From Escherichia coli (GTDB lineage: Bacteria > Pseudomonadota > Gammaproteobacteria > Enterobacterales > Enterobacteriaceae): 64,000 bases of DNA. Positions 58,719 through 64,000 of this stretch are shown here, in pieces; position 1 is the first letter of the stretch; each line of letters opens with the position of its first letter. The notes under the pieces are model-generated. The model searched no databases and was not told where the DNA came from. It saw only the letters and a program-made list of their open reading frames with translations. The translations under genes and the position numbers were made by a program. The stretch lies in assembly GCF_022846255.1 (NCBI RefSeq), contig NZ_AP025682.1. One strand, written 5' to 3'.

Positions 58719-58839
58719 TGTAGTTTCCCTGTACTGATAGGTGTTGAGTGCCATTGTAGTGCGATAAGGGTAAGTCATAAACCAGAATTATGTGAAGCTA
58801 TGCGTTGCTGCCGCTAATCATTAGCGTTATAGTGAATCC

Positions 58840-59085
58840 GCTTATTCTCAGGGCGGGGCGAAATTCCCCACCGGCGGTAAATCAACTCAGTTGAAAGCCC
58901 GCGAGCGCTTTGGGTATGAACTCAAAGGACAGCAGATCCGGTGTAATTCCGGGGCCGACGGTTAGAGTCCGGATGGGAGAGAGTAACGATTCTGTCGGGC
59001 ATGGACCCGCTCACGTTATTTTGGCTATATGCCGCCACTCCTAAGACTGCCCTGATTCTGGTAACCATAATTTTAGTGAGGTTTT
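58840..59085 (+). promoter_or_regulatory. FMN riboswitch (RFN element) in ribB leader
   Basis: Conserved RFN blocks visible: GGGCGGGGCGAAATTCCCCACCGGCGGTAAA ... CCGACGGTTAGAGTCCGGATGGGAGAGAGTAACG, followed by an expression platform reaching the ribB SD (GAGG at about 59078). Confidence 0.8.
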
Positions 59086-59091
59086 TTTACC

Positions 59092-59745
59092 ATGAATCAG
59101 ACGCTACTTTCCTCTTTTGGTACGCCTTTCGAACGTGTTGAAAATGCACTGGCTGCGCTGCGTGAAGGACGCGGTGTAATGGTGCTTGATGATGAAGACC
59201 GTGAAAACGAAGGCGATATGATCTTCCCGGCAGAAACCATGACCGTTGAGCAGATGGCGCTGACCATTCGCCACGGTAGCGGTATTGTTTGCCTGTGCAT
59301 TACTGAAGATCGCCGTAAACAACTCGACCTGCCAATGATGGTAGAAAATAACACCAGCGCCTATGGCACCGGTTTTACCGTGACCATTGAAGCGGCTGAA
59401 GGTGTGACTACCGGTGTTTCTGCCGCTGACCGTATTACGACCGTTCGCGCAGCGATTGCCGATGACGCAAAACCTTCTGATCTGAATCGCCCGGGCCACG
59501 TTTTCCCACTTCGCGCGCAGGCAGGTGGAGTACTGACGCGTGGCGGTCATACTGAAGCAACTATTGATCTAATGACGCTGGCAGGCTTTAAACCGGCTGG
59601 TGTGCTGTGTGAGCTGACTAATGACGATGGCACGATGGCGCGTGCACCAGAGTGCATTGAGTTTGCCAATAAACACAATATGGCGCTCGTGACTATTGAA
59701 GACCTGGTGGCATACCGTCAGGCACATGAGCGTAAAGCCAGCTGA
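59092..59745 (+). CDS. ribB: 3,4-dihydroxy-2-butanone-4-phosphate synthase RibB
   Basis: 217-aa [54 protein letters not shown]... Confidence 0.95.
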   Translation: MNQTLLSSFGTPFERVENALAALREGRGVMVLDDEDRENEGDMIFPAETMTVEQMALTIRHGSGIVCLCITEDRRKQLDLPMMVENNTSAYGTGFTVTIEAAEGVTTGVSAADRITTVRAAIADDAKPSDLNRPGHVFPLRAQAGGVLTRGGHTEATIDLMTLAGFKPAGVLCELTNDDGTMARAPECIEFANKHNMALVTIEDLVAYRQAHERKAS

Positions 59746-59778
59746 AAACCGCTGCTTAATTTACTGCCTTAATCAAGA

Positions 59779-59812
59779 AACCGAAGTTGTAGCAGGCTTC
59801 GGTTTTTATTTT
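59779..59812 (+). terminator. Rho-independent terminator of ribB
   Basis: AAACCGAAG-TTGTAGCAGG-CTTCGGTTTTTATTTT: stem plus U-tract 33 nt after ribB stop. Confidence 0.6.
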
Positions 59813-60006
59813 TCCCTGCTATGCAAGATGTTAATTCCGCTTCTCTTTCTATGAGAAAATTTCATTAATATCAGGCATTCTTTTTCATTATGATCAAAAT
59901 CATATAATTGTTCCGTTATTATGCGACCATATGAATATATCCGAAAAAGGATATGTGAAATTTATGCGCTAAATGTTTAGTATTGTTAAATATTAAGGGT
60001 AAAAGG

Positions 60007-60177
60007 ATGTTTATCGCCTGGTACTGGATTGTATTGATTGCTCTTGTTGTTGTGGGTTATTTCCTGCATTTGAAACGTTATTGTCGGGCGTTTCGCCAGG
60101 ACAGAGACGCACTGCTTGAAGCGCGGAACAAATACTTAAACAGTACGAGAGAAGAGACAGCCGAAAAGGTAGAATAA
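60007..60177 (+). CDS. Small single-TM membrane protein (56 aa), uncharacterised
   Basis: ATG 60007 with AAAGGA RBS; MFIAWYWIVLIALVVVGYFLHLKRYCRAFRQDRDALLEARNKYLNSTREETAEKVE, one N-terminal TM helix then a charged tail. Track lists a longer TTG-initiated version from 59983. May correspond to a K-12 small protein between ribB and zupT, but I cannot confirm the name. Confidence 0.5.
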   Translation: MFIAWYWIVLIALVVVGYFLHLKRYCRAFRQDRDALLEARNKYLNSTREETAEKVE

Positions 60178-60234
60178 GGCTTTAGTGAAGCTGGCAGAAG
60201 TTGTCCATGCGCTGGACAACTTCTGATGTTGCTT

Positions 60235-61008
60235 TTAACCAATTCCCGCCGTTTGTAGCAGCACTAAACTGAATCCCATCACTGACATTCCACATAGTAC
60301 GCCATAGCTGGGGTTATTATTGGGGTCAATCTCTTTGGCGAGCGGCATTAATTCGTCAACGGAGAGCGCCACCATAATTCCTGCAACCGCCGCCATGATT
60401 GCCGCCATGACCACCGGAGAAATCATGCTACCGAGGATTAACCATGCCAGCACACCACCAAGAATTTCTGCCAGCCCGGAAATGCCCGCCCACAGAATCG
60501 CGGTACGTTTCGATCCTGTTGCAGCGTAAACCGGGCCTGCAACCGCCAGACCTTCAGGAATATTGTGCAACGCTACGGCCAGGGCGATGCCAAATCCCAG
60601 CTCCAGGTTGCTGCTCGCCGTGACAAAGGTGGCAATCCCTTCCGGGAAGTTATGCAGACTGATGCCGAGAGTGAGCAGAATGGCTGTGCGCTTGATCGAT
60701 TTTGGCAACGGCTGCACCGATTTTTGCATTAAATCCTGCGGATGCGCATGTGGCAACATGCGGTCCAGGCCAAAATAGCCAAGCAGACCGAAGATAAACA
60801 TTCCATAACCCAACACAGGTGACATTCCTTCGGCGGCTAATGCGGCAGGAAGCATTTCCATTAATGAGATGAGCAACATGATCCCCGCCGCAAATCCTAG
60901 CGAAAACGCCAGTAAGCGGTTCGAGGGTTTTTGCCCGAGAACGCCGAGAAACGCGCCAATAAACGTGGCTGCCCCCGCCAGTATGGTCAGAATGAGAGGT
61001 ACTGACAT
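60235..61008 (-). CDS. zupT: Zinc transporter ZupT (ZIP family)
   Basis: ORF 60235..61050; start ATG 61008 ([29 protein letters not shown]...) with AAGGAG RBS; 257 aa. Confidence 0.93.
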
Positions 61009-61150
61009 CGACAACTCCTTATAAATCTTCACCTTCAGGCAGATCGTCAAAATAACTGATGATCATCATCATTGTTATCCGGGTTCTTACTCCGCCGAAC
61101 AAGCGTATTGTGAGGATATCAAAATGACACCTTTAGTTAAGGATATCATC

Positions 61151-61939
61151 ATGTCTTCAACACGTATGCCAGCATTGTTTTTAGGTCACGGTAGTCCGAT
61201 GAACGTGCTGGAAGATAATTTGTATACCCGCAGCTGGCAGACGTTGGGGATGACATTGCCACGCCCGCAAGCAATAGTGGTGGTTTCGGCTCACTGGTTT
61301 ACCCGTGGAACAGGAGTGACCGCGATGGAGACGCCGCCCACGATTCATGACTTTGGTGGCTTCCCGCAGGCGCTGTACGATACGCATTATCCTGCTCCGG
61401 GTTCACCTGCGCTGGCACAGCATCTGGTTGAGCTGTTAGCGCCGGTCCCTGTGACGCTGGATAAAGAAGCCTGGGGCTTCGACCACGGCTCGTGGGGCGT
61501 ACTGATTAAGATGTATCCTGACGCCGATATCCCGATGGTGCAGTTGAGTATCGACAGTAGCAAACCTGCCGCCTGGCATTTCGAAATGGGGCGCAAACTC
61601 GCGGCGCTGCGTGATGAAGGGATAATGTTGGTCGCCAGTGGCAACGTGGTGCATAACCTGCGTACAGTGAAGTGGCACGGTGATAGTTCACCGTATCCGT
61701 GGGCGACGTCGTTTAATGAGTATGTGAAAGCGAATCTGACGTGGCAAGGGCCGGTGGAACAACATCCTCTGGTGAATTATCTCGACCATGAAGGTGGCGC
61801 GTTATCGAACCCAACGCCAGAGCACTATCTGCCGTTGTTGTATGTCTTAGGTGCGTGGGATGGGCAGGAGCCAATTACCATTCCGGTCGATGGTATAGAA
61901 ATGGGCAGTTTAAGTATGCTGTCGGTGCAGATAGGTTAA
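61151..61939 (+). CDS. ygiD: Extradiol ring-cleavage dioxygenase family protein YgiD (4,5-DOPA dioxygenase-like)
   Basis: ORF 61124..61939; two plausible starts, ATG 61124 (271 aa) and ATG 61151 (MSSTRMPALFLGHGSPMNVLEDN..., 262 aa), each with an RBS. The shorter is reported; either is possible. Confidence 0.85.
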   Translation: MSSTRMPALFLGHGSPMNVLEDNLYTRSWQTLGMTLPRPQAIVVVSAHWFTRGTGVTAMETPPTIHDFGGFPQALYDTHYPAPGSPALAQHLVELLAPVPVTLDKEAWGFDHGSWGVLIKMYPDADIPMVQLSIDSSKPAAWHFEMGRKLAALRDEGIMLVASGNVVHNLRTVKWHGDSSPYPWATSFNEYVKANLTWQGPVEQHPLVNYLDHEGGALSNPTPEHYLPLLYVLGAWDGQEPITIPVDGIEMGSLSMLSVQIG

Positions 61940-61984
61940 TAAAAGAACCCGAAGCCAGAATGACTGGCTTCGGGTGTTGCTGAG

Positions 61985-62656
61985 TTAGCCTCTGATGATT
62001 TTAAGTGCCCATGCGCCACTCATAATGACCAGCAGCACCAGACACATACCAAAAGCCAGCATACAAGCCTGAGCCATATTCATAAAATGCCATGGTGGTA
62101 GCAGATACCAGCCTTCAGATTGCTGATACATTTCCACAAACCACTGTTGCGTGCTGCTCAGTGTGACGCCATCAGGAACGATTGGTGCGTCATAGCCACA
62201 ATCCCCGGTAGGCTTGAACCAATTTGGTGCCCACTGTGCCAGCGGCAGGTTAAAGGGAAAAGTTGGATCGGTAGAGCAACCCTGTACGCCAAACAGTGAA
62301 TCGGGATCCGGATTATGTACTGCATGGTGGATATCGTTCAGTTTGAGCGAAAACTTCAGTCCCAAAATGCTGCCGTAAAATGCCATCACGCAGCCAATTA
62401 GCTTTAGGATGATGTTCTTTGGGTTGATCGCTGCAACCAATCCTCCAATAACCATCACAAACATGGCGTAGCGAATGTATACACATTGCTCACAGGGTGC
62501 CATGTAGAGATAGATCTGGAAGAAAGAGTGCGCCAGGATAATTAACGCGCCCATCGCAACGGCCATTAACAACCACAACAAGCGTTGCTCCTGCCATCTG
62601 ACCAGTGTGTCAACTGGTGATGTGCGAAGATCTTTCCACATTCCCTTAATACCCAT
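61985..62656 (-). CDS. dsbI: DsbB-family membrane thiol oxidase DsbI
   Basis: 223-aa ORF with 4 TM segments and a periplasmic Cys pair in PCEQCVY, DsbB-like topology; last gene of the assT-dsbL-dsbI operon. Not in K-12 at this position by recall. Confidence 0.88.
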
Positions 62657-62670
62657 AGCCTGTTTCCCTG

Positions 62671-63339
62671 TTATTTGCTTGCTAACTCACGGATAAGGTC
62701 TGCCATCGCGTCGATGGATTTGATGCTCTTGGTGTAGATCAAGTACTTACCATTAACGACATAGGCTGGAACCCCCTGGATTTTGGCGACATCATAAGAG
62801 GCTTTCCATTTTTCCAGTGTTTCTTGAACCGCTGGTTCTTTCAGTGCCGCTTCAAAATCCGCCTGACTCATACCTGCGGCATCCAGACCGGTTTTGATAA
62901 AAGCAGCCGGATCTTTACCGTCAGACCAGCGTTCTTTTTTGTCGTGATAAGCCACGTAGTAGGCAAACTTGGCTTTCTTAAACTGAGAGTTAGCATCAAA
63001 TAAGGAAATGCCTGCTGCTTTATCTTTATTGATCAAGACCGCAAAGACTTCGCTTGCTTGTTTGCCGTATTCACCTTTGGTTTCCAGATGGAACGGCGTG
63101 AAAGCAACGATATCTTTCACTTTTTCCGATACCGGACCGGTAACCGCTTTGTCGTACTTGTAACAGAACGGGCAGGCGTAGCTGAATACCTTAATCAGCG
63201 TTTTGTCTGCATTCGGAATAGGTTTTTCCAGAACCATGTAATCCGTGCCTTCGGTAAATGCAGAAGCGGTAAATGAAACAGCCAAAGCTGCGGTAAGCAG
63301 TATGCTTTTAAATAGTGATGAGATCCCTAATTTCGACAT
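62671..63339 (-). CDS. dsbL: Periplasmic thioredoxin-fold oxidoreductase DsbL (DsbA paralogue)
   Basis: 222-aa ORF with signal peptide [27 protein letters not shown] and CPFC active-site motif ([11 protein letters not shown]); 14 nt upstream of dsbI. Confidence 0.88.
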
Positions 63340-63356
63340 TTTTATTCCCTTCTTAA

Positions 63357-64000
63357 TTATTTGAACATCTGTTGTGGACGGACTAACAATGCACGATAGT
63401 GAGTCTGATTGGGTTTATCTGACAGCACGTCGATTTCCACTTTCACTTCTTTGGTTTTGTAATCGATTTCGTTCAACTTACCGACGGTTGGCTGCCCGAC
63501 ATCGAACAAATGAATAGAACCACCGAAGCCAAACATGGTGTTACGGTCGGCTTGATATTCAATGATGGAGGTGATTGGGCTATAGAAATCGTAGCCACGT
63601 TCTTTACCGTATTCCCACACTTGCTGAACGGTGCCTTTCTTCTCATCAATCTTATATTCCACAAAGCGGGAATATTTCATGGTTGGTAAGGCAGGTTGTT
63701 CCAGATGACGACCATCGCCATTATCAAAAATGGTGAGCGTTCCTTTGCTGGAAATCCAGGCGGTATGCTGGGTGTAGGTAAAGTCGAAGTCTGAGTTTTC
63801 GCACAGGCCATTTTCGTTACAGGTAATTGGCTTACCGTTAGCATCAACCGGTTTCAGCAGCTTGCTGGCCAGAGGTTTTTCCCAACCTTTAGAGGGCGCA
63901 AGGATCCATTTCACTTGCTTATCACGACCAATCTTCACAACACCCTGGTGGCGAGAGGAGAGGATGATAGAGTCATCTTTTGCGTCATAGGCGATAGAGT
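63357..64000 (-). CDS. assT: Arylsulfate sulfotransferase AssT, C-terminal part only; gene continues beyond window end
   Basis: Reverse-strand frame is open from the window end (...YDAKDDSIILSSRHQGVVKIGRDKQVKWILAPSKGWEKPL...) to the stop at 63357; the 193-aa track entry is only the part after an internal GTG. Beta-propeller sulfotransferase by recalled similarity. Confidence 0.88.
   Translation of the reverse strand, partial: SIAYDAKDDSIILSSRHQGVVKIGRDKQVKWILAPSKGWEKPLASKLLKPVDANGKPITCNENGLCENSDFDFTYTQHTAWISSKGTLTIFDNGDGRHLEQPALPTMKYSRFVEYKIDEKKGTVQQVWEYGKERGYDFYSPITSIIEYQADRNTMFGFGGSIHLFDVGQPTVGKLNEIDYKTKEVKVEIDVLSDKPNQTHYRALLVRPQQMFK

Overview
This 64 kb window reads as ordinary, gene-dense Escherichia coli core chromosome, not an obvious novel system. 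It corresponds to the K-12 yqjG-to-ygiD interval (around rpoD), shown in reverse orientation to the usual K-12 numbering. Gene identities and the K-12 or CFT073 comparisons are from recalled protein sequences and gene order; no database search was run. About 60 protein genes, one tRNA (ileX), two riboswitch leaders (alx, ribB) and several REP clusters account for essentially all of the sequence. I see no CRISPR array, IS element, integrase, prophage remnant or unexplained multi-gene block. The items most worth a second look are: (1) an unlisted Ibs/Sib type I toxin-antitoxin module (19-aa toxin ORF plus antisense sRNA promoter) between hldE and yqiK, in one copy where K-12 has two; (2) higB reduced to a short 3' remnant behind REP elements, leaving higA apparently orphaned; (3) the non-K-12 assT-dsbL-dsbI operon at the right edge; (4) glgS lying directly beside ubiK with no room for the K-12 ygiL/yqi fimbrial block; (5) poorly characterised clusters ygjI-ygjJ-ygjK, ygjP-ygjQ-ygjR, yqiJ-yqiK and yqjC-D-E-K. 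Coordinates for starts shorter than the ORF-track entries were derived by frame arithmetic and checked against the sequence where possible; single-base errors are possible.
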